Below, piece after piece: positions 10,072 to 20,285 of a stretch of 64,000 nucleotides of DNA. Source of the DNA: an uncultured delta proteobacterium (GTDB lineage Bacteria > Desulfobacterota > Binatia > UBA9968); contig CAWJBB010000087.1 in assembly GCA_963840855.1 (NCBI GenBank), positions 1 to 64,000 of the forward strand. Direction: 5' to 3'. The notes beneath the pieces are model-generated. The model did not search any database, was not told the DNA's origin, and was given only the letters and a program-made list of their open reading frames with translations. Each line of letters begins with the position of its first letter. Within the stretch, counting starts at the first letter, position 1. Both the position numbers and the translations under genes were made by a program.

Positions 10072-11655
10072 CTACATGCGCCCATCCTGCAAAATTTCCA
10101 ACGCCGCCAATCTGCCCGAAGCGGCCATGACGCCGCCGCCGGGATGGGTGCATGAGCCGCACATGTAGAGATTTTTGATCGGTGTTCGATATTTCGCCCA
10201 ACCCGGAACCGGGCGCAGGAAAAAGAGCTGGTCCAACGTCAATTCGCCTTGAAAAATATTACCTTCGGTGAGACCAAACTCCTGCTCCAAATCCCACGGC
10301 GTGACCACTTGCCGGTAGAGAATGATGTCTTTCAAGTTGCGCGCGTATTCGCTCAGCGTGTCGATGACGGCATCGCCGAAGGCTTCCCGTTTTTCCGGCC
10401 AGGTACCCTCTCGCAGATGATAGGGCGCGTACTGCACGAAGATCGACATGACATGTTTTCCCGGCGGCGCCATGCCGGGGTCGAGCATCGATGGCAGGAT
10501 GATGTCCATGTAGGGCCGGCGCGAGAAGTCACCGTACTTGGCGTCGTCATAAGCTTGCTCAATGTAATCGAGGCTCGGGCTGATGGAGATCGCGCCGGCC
10601 AAATGCGGGCCTTCTCCCGGCCACGACGTAAAATTCGGCAGGGCATCGAGAGCGAGATTCACTTTGGCCGACGAACCACGAATCTTGAAATTATTCACTT
10701 GGCGCAGAAACTCGGCGTCGAGATGTTGGGAATCGACCATTTTTAGGAAGGTCCGTTTAGGATCGACGCCAGAGACAATTACCTTGGCGTGATATTCTTC
10801 GCCGCCGCTTACCACGCCGTAGGCGCGGCCGTTTTTGACCAGCACCCGGTCCACCGCCGCCGCGGTCCTGATTTCGGCGCCATGATGGCGCGCGGCATCG
10901 GCGATGACCCGGCTTATGGCGCCCATGCCGCCGCGGGCAAAACCCCAGGAGCGAAAGGCGCCGTCGAGCTCGCCCATGTAGTGATGCAAGAGCACGTAAG
11001 CCGTTCCAGGCGAGCGCGGCCCCATGAAAGTGCCGATGATGCCGCTGGCGGACATGGTGGCCTTGAGCACGTCCGTCTCAAACCATTCGTCGAGAAAATC
11101 CGCCGAGCTCATGGTCATGAGCTTGGCAAGATCATAAAGCAGTTTTTCTTCGAGACCGCGGAAATGTTTACCTACTCCGGCGAGCCCCAAAAGCTCTCGC
11201 GGGTTCCAGGAGGTGGGATCGGGAGGAATCAAGCCGAGCATCGGCTTGACCGCCATCGCCATCTGGACCATGACCTTGCCGTATTCTTCATAGGCTTCGG
11301 CGTCGGTCGGCGAATGGCGCGCGATTTCGCGCCGGGTCCGCGCGTGATCGCCGCAGCGGAACAGATAATCGCCGTCGGGCATCGGCGTAAACGTGCTGTC
11401 GAGCGGGATGATCTCGAGATCGTAATTCGGCAGCTCCAACTCGCGGATCACTTCCGGGCGAAGCAGGCTCACGACATACGAACAGACGGAAAATTTGAAT
11501 CCAGGATAGATTTCTTCGGTCACCGCGGCGCCGCCGAGGACATGGCGCCGCTCCAGGACGAGGACTTTTTTCCCGGCTTTGGCGAGATACGCAGCTGTGG
11601 TGAGGCCATTGTGGCCGCCGCCGATGATGATCGCATCGTAGTTGGACATGGCCAT
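10072..11655 (-). CDS. COG1233 (phytoene dehydrogenase-like) NAD(P)/FAD oxidoreductase, paralog
   Basis: IIGGGHNGL; GNIFQGELTLDQLFFLRP; NLYMCGSCTHPGGGV. Confidence 0.88.
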   Translation of the reverse strand: MAMSNYDAIIIGGGHNGLTTAAYLAKAGKKVLVLERRHVLGGAAVTEEIYPGFKFSVCSYVVSLLRPEVIRELELPNYDLEIIPLDSTFTPMPDGDYLFRCGDHARTRREIARHSPTDAEAYEEYGKVMVQMAMAVKPMLGLIPPDPTSWNPRELLGLAGVGKHFRGLEEKLLYDLAKLMTMSSADFLDEWFETDVLKATMSASGIIGTFMGPRSPGTAYVLLHHYMGELDGAFRSWGFARGGMGAISRVIADAARHHGAEIRTAAAVDRVLVKNGRAYGVVSGGEEYHAKVIVSGVDPKRTFLKMVDSQHLDAEFLRQVNNFKIRGSSAKVNLALDALPNFTSWPGEGPHLAGAISISPSLDYIEQAYDDAKYGDFSRRPYMDIILPSMLDPGMAPPGKHVMSIFVQYAPYHLREGTWPEKREAFGDAVIDTLSEYARNLKDIILYRQVVTPWDLEQEFGLTEGNIFQGELTLDQLFFLRPVPGWAKYRTPIKNLYMCGSCTHPGGGVMAASGRLAALEILQDGRM

Positions 11656-11714
11656 GAGTTGCTTAAAAGGGCATATTTGGTAATTTCTGGTGCGAAGTCA
11701 ACGAGACAGCTAGC

Positions 11715-11784
11715 ATTTTAGATTTTCGATTGCCGATTTTGGATTGAATCCAAAATCTAGAATCCAAAATCTAAAATCGAAAAT
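11715..11784. repeat. Heptamer (ATTTTGG/CCAAAAT) inverted tandem repeat
   Basis: ATTTTAG ATTTTCG ATTGCCG ATTTTGG ATTG followed by AATCCAA AATCTAG AATCCAA AATCTAA AATCGAA. Confidence 0.8.
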
Positions 11785-11789
11785 TGCGA

Positions 11790-13001
11790 ATGCCCATCGG
11801 AACCGCTTTTCACTCCCGAACATCGGCGCTGTGCGCGAGCCAGAATTGGCGCGTGTGGTCCGGCTACTTCGTCGCCAGTTCCTATGAGACCGTGCACGAC
11901 TATGAGTATCACGCCATCCGCAATACCGCGGCGCTCATCGATATATCGCCGCTTCATAAATATGACGTTCGCGGCAAGGACGCGGCAAGGCTGGTCAATC
12001 GCGTAATCACCCGCGACGCCACCAAGTGCGCGGTGGGCCAAGCGCTCTATGCGTGCCTGTGCGACGGCGCGGGCAAGGTGATTCAGGACGGTACGGCGTT
12101 CAGGCTCGCCGAAGATCATTTTCGCTTTCATCTCGCCGATCCGGGCTTGCGCTGGCTAAAACTCAATGCGGTAGGAATGAATGTGCAGATTCAGGAATGT
12201 TCGGAAGCGGTTGCCGCACTTGCTTTGCAGGGGCCTAACGCGCTCAATATTCTGCAGCGGGCCGCAGACAAAGACTTGAGCGGGCTTAAATTTTTTCGGC
12301 TCACCAACGCTAAAATCAACGGGATTCCGGTGCTTGTATCGCGCACGGGTTACACTGGTGATCTGGGCTACGAGGTGTGGCTCAGCTGCGACCAGGCGGA
12401 GAGTATCTGGGATACTCTGGTGGCGGCGGGTAAAAACTACGGCATCAAGCCGGCCGGCATGCTCGCCCTGGACGTGGCGCGCCTCGAAGCCGGGTTTATT
12501 TTGCTGGAAGTCGACTACATCGGCGCAGACAAAGCGGTGATTCCGTCGCAAAGATATTCGCCTTACGAAATCAGTCTCGGCTGGACGGTGGATTTGAAAA
12601 AAGACCATTTCGTCGGACACCAGGCGCTCAGGGAAGAAAGCCGGCGCGGTCCGGTCCGGCAAATTGTTGGGCTGGAGATCGACCTTCAGGCCTACGAGAA
12701 CCTTTTTCAAAAGGCCGGGCTGGCGCCGCATATCCCGTTGACGGCCTGGCGCGGCGGAGTACCGGTTTATCGGGACGGCAAGCAAGTGGGGCAGGCCACC
12801 ACCGGTGGCTGGTCTCCGGCTCTGAAGAAGTACGTCGCGCTCGCCACCTTGCACAGCGGCAACACCGCGATCGGTTCCCGAGTGGACATTGAAGTGACGG
12901 TAGAACACCAGCGCAAGACCGTCGACGCAAAGGTCGCTAAGCTGCCGTTTTTCGACCCGCCGCGCAAACGGGCGGTGTTCGAGAAAGCAGAGAGAATTTA
13001 A
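11790..13001 (+). CDS. GcvT-family folate-binding aminomethyltransferase/demethylase
   Basis: DISPLHK, ALQGP, SRTGYTGDLGYE, ALDVARLEAG, LPFFDP motifs. Confidence 0.88.
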   Translation: MPIGTAFHSRTSALCASQNWRVWSGYFVASSYETVHDYEYHAIRNTAALIDISPLHKYDVRGKDAARLVNRVITRDATKCAVGQALYACLCDGAGKVIQDGTAFRLAEDHFRFHLADPGLRWLKLNAVGMNVQIQECSEAVAALALQGPNALNILQRAADKDLSGLKFFRLTNAKINGIPVLVSRTGYTGDLGYEVWLSCDQAESIWDTLVAAGKNYGIKPAGMLALDVARLEAGFILLEVDYIGADKAVIPSQRYSPYEISLGWTVDLKKDHFVGHQALREESRRGPVRQIVGLEIDLQAYENLFQKAGLAPHIPLTAWRGGVPVYRDGKQVGQATTGGWSPALKKYVALATLHSGNTAIGSRVDIEVTVEHQRKTVDAKVAKLPFFDPPRKRAVFEKAERI

Positions 13002-13032
13002 CCACAAATGGGTGCAAAGACGAGCGGGACTT

Positions 13033-13110
13033 ACCACGAAGGCACGAAGTACACGAAGGGTTCGGATATTTATACTCTTAAACTTCGTGAACTTCGTGCC
13101 TTCGTCGGTG
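13033..13110. repeat. CACGAAG-unit inverted-repeat element
   Basis: ACCACGAAGGCACGAAGTACACGAAG ... CTTCGTGAACTTCGTGCCTTCGT between convergent genes. Confidence 0.75.
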
Positions 13111-13182
13111 AACATTTTCTTCTCTTCTCGGCTGAATTTTGGTTGCTGGATAGCCGCACTGGAACTCTTCGCGGTCACGAAT

Positions 13183-13944
13183 TCAGCGCAGCAGCCGCAC
13201 GGGGATGCCACGGTCATGCAAGTACTGCTTGCATGCTGCGATGGAGTACTCGCGGTAATGAAAGATCGACGCTGCCAGCGCGGCGCTAGCTTTACCCTGG
13301 GTCAGCCCGTCGTAGATATGTTCCAGGTTTCCCACGCCGCCCGAGGCGATCACCGGAATCGTCACCCGCTCTGAAATCGTACTCGTCAAAGCCAAATCGT
13401 ATCCTTCTTTGGTCCCGTCCCGGTCCATACTGGTGAGCAGGATCTCGCCGGCGCCATAACGTTCCATCCGCCCGGCCCACTCGCATGCATCGATGCCCGT
13501 AGGGTTGCGGCCGCCGTGGGTGAAGACTTCCCAGATACCGTTTACGCGCTTGGCGTCGATGGCGACAACGATGCACTGGCTGCCAAATCGCTCTGCCGCC
13601 TCGCGCACGAACTCCGGCCGGTTCACCGCCCCCGTGTTGATGGAAACCTTATCCGCGCCTGCCTGCAAGAGCTTGCGGATGTCATCGAGCTGATTGATCC
13701 CTCCGCCCACCGTGAGCGGCATGAACACCTGCTCCGCCGTACGACCGACGACATCGAGAATGATTGCGCGGTTTTCATGGGACGCCGTGATATCCAAAAA
13801 ACAAAGCTCGTCGGCGCCCTCGTGGTCATAAACACGCGCGACCTCCACCGGATCGCCGGCGTCCTGCAGGTCGAGAAATTTGACGCCCTTGACGACTCGC
13901 CCGGCCTTCACGTCGAGGCAGGGAATAATCCGTTTCGCAAGCAT
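13183..13944 (-). CDS. hisF: Imidazole glycerol phosphate synthase subunit HisF
   Basis: [12 protein letters not shown]...[13 protein letters not shown]...[15 protein letters not shown]...PVIASGG...AALAASIFH. Confidence 0.97.
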   Translation of the reverse strand: MLAKRIIPCLDVKAGRVVKGVKFLDLQDAGDPVEVARVYDHEGADELCFLDITASHENRAIILDVVGRTAEQVFMPLTVGGGINQLDDIRKLLQAGADKVSINTGAVNRPEFVREAAERFGSQCIVVAIDAKRVNGIWEVFTHGGRNPTGIDACEWAGRMERYGAGEILLTSMDRDGTKEGYDLALTSTISERVTIPVIASGGVGNLEHIYDGLTQGKASAALAASIFHYREYSIAACKQYLHDRGIPVRLLR

Positions 13945-14355
13945 CGTGGAGTGACTGTAATGGACCGAAAATGAAATCTCAACTTGGAACACGCTATCCC
14001 GCGTAGCTCCTGCGACTAAAGTTCAACGGATCGATCCCCGATTTTCGTTGGCCGGGAGCATGGCCGAAAGAAGCACCCAAGGCCTCATAAACGCCTAAAA
14101 AACCCAGACTATCTAATGTCGTAGTGCGTTCCTAAGAACCTATACAACTTTTATCGGGGTAAATAAGCATTTTTTGGTCTAACTGCTACTAAACACTTAT
14201 TTATCATTACGAACAAGGTTAAATAAAGACAAAACTTTAGGCTTAACAAAAACTGAATATCGGATTAAAACCGGCGAGGAATCAGACTTAGTACGTAGAC
14301 AAGAATATTGCAGGAGGCATGAAGGAGGGATTCATGAAAGCGCGAGCAATCGGAT

Positions 14356-14528
14356 ATGAAAAATCTGTTTCCACTGACGAGTGGCGCAGCCCAACAGTGG
14401 CAATGTTTTTTGCGCTTTCAGCGTGTACGACGCAGGAGCCAACCGTAACCAAACCCCCGCACCGGGCAGTGTCACCGTCGCATAGCATGGGGCTGTTTTG
14501 GTTCCGGACCAAGCGCAGCGGTGTTTGA
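14356..14528 (+). pseudogene. Short or remnant lipoprotein paralogous to the N-terminus of the 16716 lipoprotein (one frameshift)
   Basis: ATG 14356 gives MKNLFPLTSGAA; after a shift in the CCC run the frame continues TVAMFFALSACTTQE (lipobox LSAC), matching MKNVF...FLALSSCSTQE. Confidence 0.45.
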
Positions 14529-14579
14529 GAATTCAGCGCGACGCAATTTGTTTGACAGTTTTGAAGCGGGTTGACGCTC

Positions 14580-15770
14580 TCATAAGGGAACAGCGAAGGA
14601 GATATTAGTGCCCGATCCGGGGGAGGATTTGATGGCAAGTTCTCCCCCGAGTTTTTTGATTCGCTCCTCCATGGCAGTCAAGCCTACACCGTAGCCGTTT
14701 CTACCGCTGGTTCGATCGAATCCCACGCCGTTGTCGCTCAAGAATCCGGCGAATTTATCCGCAGATTGCTTGAGGCGGATTTCTACCTTGGAGGCATGGG
14801 AATGTCGAGTCACGTTCGTTAAAGCCTCTCGGAGGACATAATAGACCTCTCTCTCGATGTCGCGGGGGAGGTCGGGGTCTTCCGGTTCGCTTTCAAGGAT
14901 CACTTCTAGCCCCAATCCACTATGGAAGAACTTGATTTCATCTCTCAGGCTTTCGATCAGGGTTCCGGCTATTATCGGCTGGGTATCCTTGCCGGATAGG
15001 AACTCACGGATCTGCTTCATCGACGCTCGCGTCAAGTCTTCCATGGACGCCATTTCCGCCGACAGCTCTCCTTGTGGGCTCGGCAGGCCGGCGCGGCAGC
15101 TCTCGAGGCGAAGAATCAAAGTGGCAAGAGATTGCAGGATGCCGTCGTGGAGCTCGTATATGATTCGCCGCCGTTCCTGCATGGCCGCGGCTTGCGTGGC
15201 GGTTCTCGAAAGGGCGATCAGTCTCTGGTTTTGTTTTTTCTCGAATTCGCTGACGTAACCGAAAACGCAGGCCAGGAGGATAAGATAAAGGCTTTGCACG
15301 ATGGTGGTATCGATTCCGAGCGGCTCATCCATAGCCTCAGCCGCGAGAGTGATCCGCAGAACGGCGTATATCGCAACTCCGGCGATAGCAACAGGGATGC
15401 TCCCTTTGATGCCCCACCGCAAGCTCGCGGTAAGTACCGGGAAGGAATAATAAAAAAAGAAGGGCGTGGGCGTTCCGCCGGTGGAAAAAACGATCAGAGC
15501 AATGCCGGCGACGTCAATTACCGTGGTGGCAAGGCCCATGTTTTTCGATGTTGTTTTTCGTTGTCGGGCCAGGTAGAGGACGACCAAACTATAGAGGAAA
15601 AACAAACCAAGCGAAATTAGTGATAATGTCGGAAATCGCGCGATTCTCGATGGATTGAGTTGAACCACGAGAATTGCCAGCGCGGCGAAGGCCACCCGCA
15701 ACCAGGCCACCAACCGCTCCCGCTGTAAGAGCCACCCAACCTCAGGAGTGATTTTGTTTGCGCCGAGCAT
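14580..15770 (-). CDS. Membrane sensor histidine kinase (HisKA_3/NarX-like)
   Basis: About six hydrophobic segments; ERRRIIYELHDGILQSL; EALTNVTRHS; SDNGVGF; GLTAMEERI. Confidence 0.92.
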   Translation of the reverse strand: MLGANKITPEVGWLLQRERLVAWLRVAFAALAILVVQLNPSRIARFPTLSLISLGLFFLYSLVVLYLARQRKTTSKNMGLATTVIDVAGIALIVFSTGGTPTPFFFYYSFPVLTASLRWGIKGSIPVAIAGVAIYAVLRITLAAEAMDEPLGIDTTIVQSLYLILLACVFGYVSEFEKKQNQRLIALSRTATQAAAMQERRRIIYELHDGILQSLATLILRLESCRAGLPSPQGELSAEMASMEDLTRASMKQIREFLSGKDTQPIIAGTLIESLRDEIKFFHSGLGLEVILESEPEDPDLPRDIEREVYYVLREALTNVTRHSHASKVEIRLKQSADKFAGFLSDNGVGFDRTSGRNGYGVGLTAMEERIKKLGGELAIKSSPGSGTNISFAVPL

Positions 15771-15823
15771 GATAGCTGCAGGTCAAGGGCAAATCTTTCG
15801 ATTTTTTTTCGCGCGCGCTCAAA

Positions 15824-16487
15824 TTACTCCTGCCTTTGACCCATGATCATGAGCGCTGCCTTGAAACGGTTATTGACCTTGAGCTTATCGAATATATTGG
15901 TGAGATGAGTTTTTACCGTTTTTTCACTGATGAAAATCTTTTTGCCGATTTCCTCGTTGGTCATGCCCTCGGCGACCAGCCGGAGAATTTCCAGCTCCCT
16001 TCTGGTGAGACTCTCGATCGCTTCGTCGTGCTGGGGCGTCATGACGTGGTCGATTTGACCCAGGGCGATCTCCTCAAAGGTATCGGCCGCAGGGATCTCC
16101 CTGTCAATCCATAGCTCGCCTTTGTGCACCTTCTTGATCGCCTGCAGCAGCGTCGCAAAATCAGCGCCTTTGAGCAGGTATCCTCTAGCCCCGCCCTTGG
16201 CGGCATTCAAGACAGCTTTCATCCTCGGCGAAGGCGGTAAGAATCAATACTTTAGTCGCCGGATTTCGTTCTTTCACGTCTAGGAGGGTCTGAACGACGT
16301 CGCCCTTGGGCATTCGGAGATCCAAGAGCAAGACGTCCGGCTTGCTGCGCTCGACAACCTTGACGACTTCATCGCTGCGGGCCGCTTCGCCGACGACAAG
16401 TATGTCTTTCTCCAGGGATAGGATTTTTTTTACGCCATCGCGAAACAACGTATGATCATCGGCGACTACAACTTTGATCGGTACCAT
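15824..16487 (-). CDS. NarL/LuxR-family response regulator (apparent frameshift near 16220)
   Basis: REC half (VADDH, LLDLRMP) and LTRRELEIL...SEKTVKTH HTH half in two frames; shift sits in an A run (GAT GAA A GCT). Confidence 0.85.
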
Positions 16488-16556
16488 GATCGTTCTCCCG
16501 GAATATGGGTCTGTTGGCGGTAATATATGATTCTTTTTTCGCTGCCAACAAGAATC

Positions 16557-16592
16557 ATAGTCTTAGACCATACATCTAAGACTCCTGTCTTA
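16557..16592. promoter_or_regulatory. Overlapping palindromes, candidate response-regulator operator
   Basis: AGTCTTAGA-N7-TCTAAGACT (16559-16583) and TAAGAC-N4-GTCTTA (16577-16592) in the divergent promoter region. Confidence 0.5.
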
Positions 16593-16715
16593 CAAATGTG
16601 CCGATTTGAACGGCAACGAGAGCAAAAATACTGCGCAAAGCGTATTGAGATGCTACATGTGTCGGGATAATTTTCTTACCAATTCAAAGGCAATGCGTTC
16701 TTCACGGAGGTAGTG

Positions 16716-17132
16716 ATGAAAAACGTTTTCGCGATAGCGACCATAGGTTCAATTTCCGCATTCCTGGCGCTTTCCTCTTGCTCGACGCAGGAAGAAATGC
16801 CGGCCAAGCCGGCCCCGGCCGCGCCAGCCCCTGCTGCCCCCGCTGAAGCCAAGGCGCCGGCGGAAAAGGCGCCTGAGAAAGCGAAGGCGACCAAGGTGGC
16901 CGGTGATATTGGGCTGCTCGATACGGAAAAAAACTATCTGATTCTCGTCACCAAAGAAGGGAAACTCGTTACCGTCGATTTTGACCCCAAGACTAAAGCA
17001 ACCCAGATTGATCCGACGCCAGCCAAAATCGCTGACATCGGTCTTGGGTCCTCAGCGGTGGTGGTCTATGAAAAATCCGGTGAGAAAAACATCGCGACGA
17101 GTCTCGAGTATACACCGGCGAAGGGCGAGTAA
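16716..17132 (+). CDS. Lipoprotein with Ala/Pro/Lys linker and small beta (OB-fold-like) domain
   Basis: GGAGG RBS; lipobox LSSC; GDIGLLDTEKNY...DIGLGSSA...TPAKGE. Confidence 0.75.
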   Translation: MKNVFAIATIGSISAFLALSSCSTQEEMPAKPAPAAPAPAAPAEAKAPAEKAPEKAKATKVAGDIGLLDTEKNYLILVTKEGKLVTVDFDPKTKATQIDPTPAKIADIGLGSSAVVVYEKSGEKNIATSLEYTPAKGE

Positions 17133-17186
17133 GAAAGACTTCGTCACGACGGCGGCACTTTTTTACGAATCAGGAGGAATCTAGTG

Positions 17187-17563
17187 ATGAAAACGCAATC
17201 TAGGCTGGTTGGGGGGTTAGCAGTTTTGCTCGGTGTGGCGGTTGCGACGCCGATCATGGCCCAGGAAAAAAGGCCGAAGAAAAGAAAGCCGAAGAGAAAA
17301 AAGCGGAAAAGGCCAAAGCGGAAAAGGTCAGCGGCGACATCGGCCTATTGGACACTGAAAAGAATTACATGATCGTCGTGACCAAGGATGGCAAGCTGGT
17401 TACGCTCGATTATACGACCAAAACCAAAGTGACCGAGCTTAAAGAAAGCCAGGCCAAAATGGGCGATATCGGATTGGGATCTTCCGCCACCGTTGAATAT
17501 GTTCAAAAAGGCGACAAGAATTTCCTGAGCAAAATTCGGTTCACTCCTGCTAAAGGCGAGTAA
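17187..17563 (+). CDS. Secreted paralog of the preceding lipoprotein (frameshift in A6 run near 17270)
   Basis: AGGAGG RBS; signal peptide ...IMAQE; continues in another frame as GDIGLLDTEKNY...DIGLGSSA...TPAKGE. Confidence 0.7.
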
Positions 17564-17591
17564 GCTTTCAGCTATACAAACCCGAAAGCGT

Positions 17592-17631
17592 AAAATGGGC
17601 TTACCCTGATATACGGGGTAAGCCCATTTTT
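17592..17631. terminator. Bidirectional intrinsic terminator
   Basis: AAAATGGGCTTACCC-loop-GGGTAAGCCCATTTTT between convergent genes. Confidence 0.85.
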
Positions 17632-17673
17632 ACTTCAAACGGCGTTAGCCTCGAGCGCCGGTGGATGGGCCAG

Positions 17674-18132
17674 TTAGAACCCTTCTTCTTCGATATCACC
17701 CACCACTAAGCGGCGGTAGCCGCGCTCGTCTTCGACGTTCTTCTGCCGCTTGCTTTCTTTCTCGTTTTCTTCCTGGCAGCGGACGCATAGCCGCGTGAAC
17801 GGCAGGATTTTTAAACGCCCCAGTTGGATTTCTCCCTCGCAGGACTCGCAGATGCCGTAGGTTTTTTCCTTGATGCGTTGGAGCGCCTCGTCGATGGCCA
17901 ACAGCTTTTCGCGTTCGCGGTCGTTCAAAATAAAATTGATCTCACGATCGCGCTCGTCGCTGGCCAAATCATAGGTATCCCGGCCCTCGTCTTTGACACC
18001 TTCGGTCTCCACCTTGACGTGGTCCTGCATTTCTTTCATCGCCTGCCGCTTCATATCTTCAAGCATCTCGGCGGCTTGCTTAAGAAACTCCCTGCGCTGT
18101 TTTTTTTCTTTTTCGGTATCTTTTTTAGACAT
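17674..18132 (-). CDS. dksA: TraR/DksA C4-zinc-finger transcription factor
   Basis: DTYDLA coiled-coil tip; YGICESC...RLCVRC. Confidence 0.8.
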   Translation of the reverse strand: MSKKDTEKEKKQRREFLKQAAEMLEDMKRQAMKEMQDHVKVETEGVKDEGRDTYDLASDERDREINFILNDREREKLLAIDEALQRIKEKTYGICESCEGEIQLGRLKILPFTRLCVRCQEENEKESKRQKNVEDERGYRRLVVGDIEEEGF

Positions 18133-19490
18133 GGGCTATCTCACCGATCAGGTCGTATTCTAAGGCTTGGATAATTCTAACCTCGGCCATCGTTCCAGGC
18201 AATGGGGCATTATTTCCATTAGTATCGGCGCCGGTTATGTAAACGACACCGTCGACTTCCGGCGCATGCGCCTGGGTTCGCCCGTGGAGCTGTTGGGTTT
18301 CGGCGTCAGCGCCGCACATCATAACGCGCTGTACCGTTCCAATCAAGCCTATGTTCTTTTTTCTTGAAATTTCGGCCTGGAGCTCCATGACTTCCTGCCA
18401 GCGCCTTTCGATTTCCTCGGCGGGAAGCTTAATTTCTAGCTTGGCGGCCGCCGTACCCTCCTCATCCGAATACTTGAAGACGCCGAGCCGCTCGAAGCGG
18501 GTTTCTTCAACAAATTCCAAAAGTTCCTGAAAATTCGCATCGGTTTCGCCGGGAAAGCCGACGATCAACGAGGTCCTGAGCGTCAGTCCGGGTATGGCCG
18601 CACGCAGTTTTTGCACACTCTCCCTTACGGCGCTGCCGCTCTTGCCGCGGCGCATGCGCTGCAATATGGCGCGACTCACATGCTGAAAGGGGATGTCCAA
18701 GTAGCTGCAGATCTTGTCGCTATCACGGATGAGCTTCAAAAGCGCATCGTCAAGGTAATTGGGGTAGGCATATAGCAATCTGATCCACGCAATGTCCCGG
18801 ACCTGATCGAGGTCCCGCAGCAAGCCGTAGAGCGTCGTGCCATCCTTGCGGTCACGACCGTAGGCGCTGAGATCCTGGGCTATGAGGTTGATTTCCTTGA
18901 CACCGCCTTGGGCCAAAAGTTCGGCTTCTTTAATTACCGAATCGATAGAGCGGCTTCGGTGTGGACCGCGCAGCTGCGGGATGATGCAAAAAGCGCACTT
19001 ATGGTCGCAGCCCTCTGAGACTTTGAGATACGCGACTATAAGAAGGCGTCGTACGCAGGCGCGGCGTTACATGGTCGTATAGATAGGAGGGCAGGCCGAC
19101 GAACTGCCGGCGGCTGTGGTCGGCTTCATGGCGGCGCAGAATCTCGGCGATGCGTGGCACTTCGCCGGTGCCGATAAAGAAGTCTACTTCCGGCAGCTCT
19201 TTGGCGAGTTCGTCCGAGTAGCGCTGTGACAAGCACCCCGCGACTATGAGTTTTTTAACTTTGCCTTCTTCTTTCAACCGGCCAATTTCCAGGATGGTAT
19301 CGACGGATTCAGCCTTCGCGGCATCGATGAAACCGCAGGTATTGACCAGCACGATGTCCGCGCCGTCGGGCTCTTCCACGAGGTCAAAGTTGTCTTGCCT
19401 GAGCAGTCCGGCCATGACTTCAGAGTCGACCAGATTGCGGGCACAGCCGAGGCTGACGATGCTGAGTTTTTGTTTGCTGGAGTAGTTCAC
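18125..19490 (-). CDS. rimO: Ribosomal protein S12 methylthiotransferase RimO (apparent frameshift near 19035)
   Basis: SLGCARNLVDSE, NTCGFI, GCL; CDHKCAFC radical SAM motif after the shift; APEVDG TRAM region. Confidence 0.92.
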
Positions 19491-20242
19491 TGGCCCAATT
19501 CCACGATGTCAGCGCCTTTGGGAATTTGCAGCTGAAAGAGGGAGTCCTTAATGCCGGCACCTTTACGCATCTCTGAAAAGCGCAGAGCGGTCACGTTGCC
19601 GGCGCCGTCGCGCACGCTAACCCAGAGTATGTCCGAAGTATTCTTGCCGACGCCCATGTGAATATCACTGTAGCCGCCCGCGTCCCCTTTGGGCTCCAGG
19701 CGCAGGATATACTGGTTCGCTTCCGTGGCTTTCAATGTCGCATTGAAATCCTTTTTCAGATTGCCGAGCCCGAGTAGAAATGACAGCGGAATATCGCTGC
19801 GAAAGGCATTCTTAAGCGGGCTCTTGATGATTTGATTTTGTTCCGGCTGGTAAAAATAGAGGTGTTCGCCGTCGGCCAACACAAACTGGTCCTTCGGGGT
19901 ATTGTAGAGCCAGAGCATTTTCCCAGGACGTTTAAAGGACAATTTTCCCGAGGTTTTTAGCGACCGGTTGAGCGATTTAATTTCGGTTTCCTGGCGAAAG
20001 TCGGCGACGAAATCGACAGTCGCATCGTAGTTTCGCTGCAGCCGATCGACCACGGCATCTGCGCCGTCACCCTCCGCCGCCCGCAGTGGAGTACAAACCA
20101 TCGCGGCTGCGATTATCAGCAAGAACCCACAGCTAACTATGAGCCAGGTTTTAGTGGGCTGCTCAAAAAGTTCGCGTTCGCCCCGAGCGGGTCGAAGGGT
20201 GAACCGATATATAGTGGAAATAACGGGAATTGTCCCGTTCAT
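19487..20242 (-). CDS. lolA: Outer-membrane lipoprotein carrier LolA (start uncertain)
   Basis: ADFRQE...GKLSFKRPGKMLWLY...ADGEHLYFYQPEQNQ; directly downstream of ftsK. Confidence 0.85.
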   Translation of the reverse strand: MNGTIPVISTIYRFTLRPARGERELFEQPTKTWLIVSCGFLLIIAAAMVCTPLRAAEGDGADAVVDRLQRNYDATVDFVADFRQETEIKSLNRSLKTSGKLSFKRPGKMLWLYNTPKDQFVLADGEHLYFYQPEQNQIIKSPLKNAFRSDIPLSFLLGLGNLKKDFNATLKATEANQYILRLEPKGDAGGYSDIHMGVGKNTSDILWVSVRDGAGNVTALRFSEMRKGAGIKDSLFQLQIPKGADIVELGQ

Positions 20243-20285
20243 CCTGAGACTCTCGACGTACGACAAGAAGTTCTTCAGCAACCTG

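Noticed and set aside
8392-11655. Carotenoid biosynthesis (crtI)
   Set aside because: No crtB, crtE or crtY in the window, and the linked gene is GcvT-like.
11790-13001. True glycine cleavage T protein (gcvT)
   Set aside because: No gcvH or gcvP adjacent; only a family-level call is supportable.
14288-14638. 116-aa minus-strand ORF after the kinase
   Set aside because: No motif, overlaps the kinase end, and the plus strand carries better RBS and lipobox signals.
15824-19490. Programmed frameshifting or true pseudogenes in the response regulator, secreted paralog and rimO
   Set aside because: These are single-base shifts, two of them in A runs, in otherwise intact genes. Sequencing indels are the simpler explanation; reads are needed to confirm.
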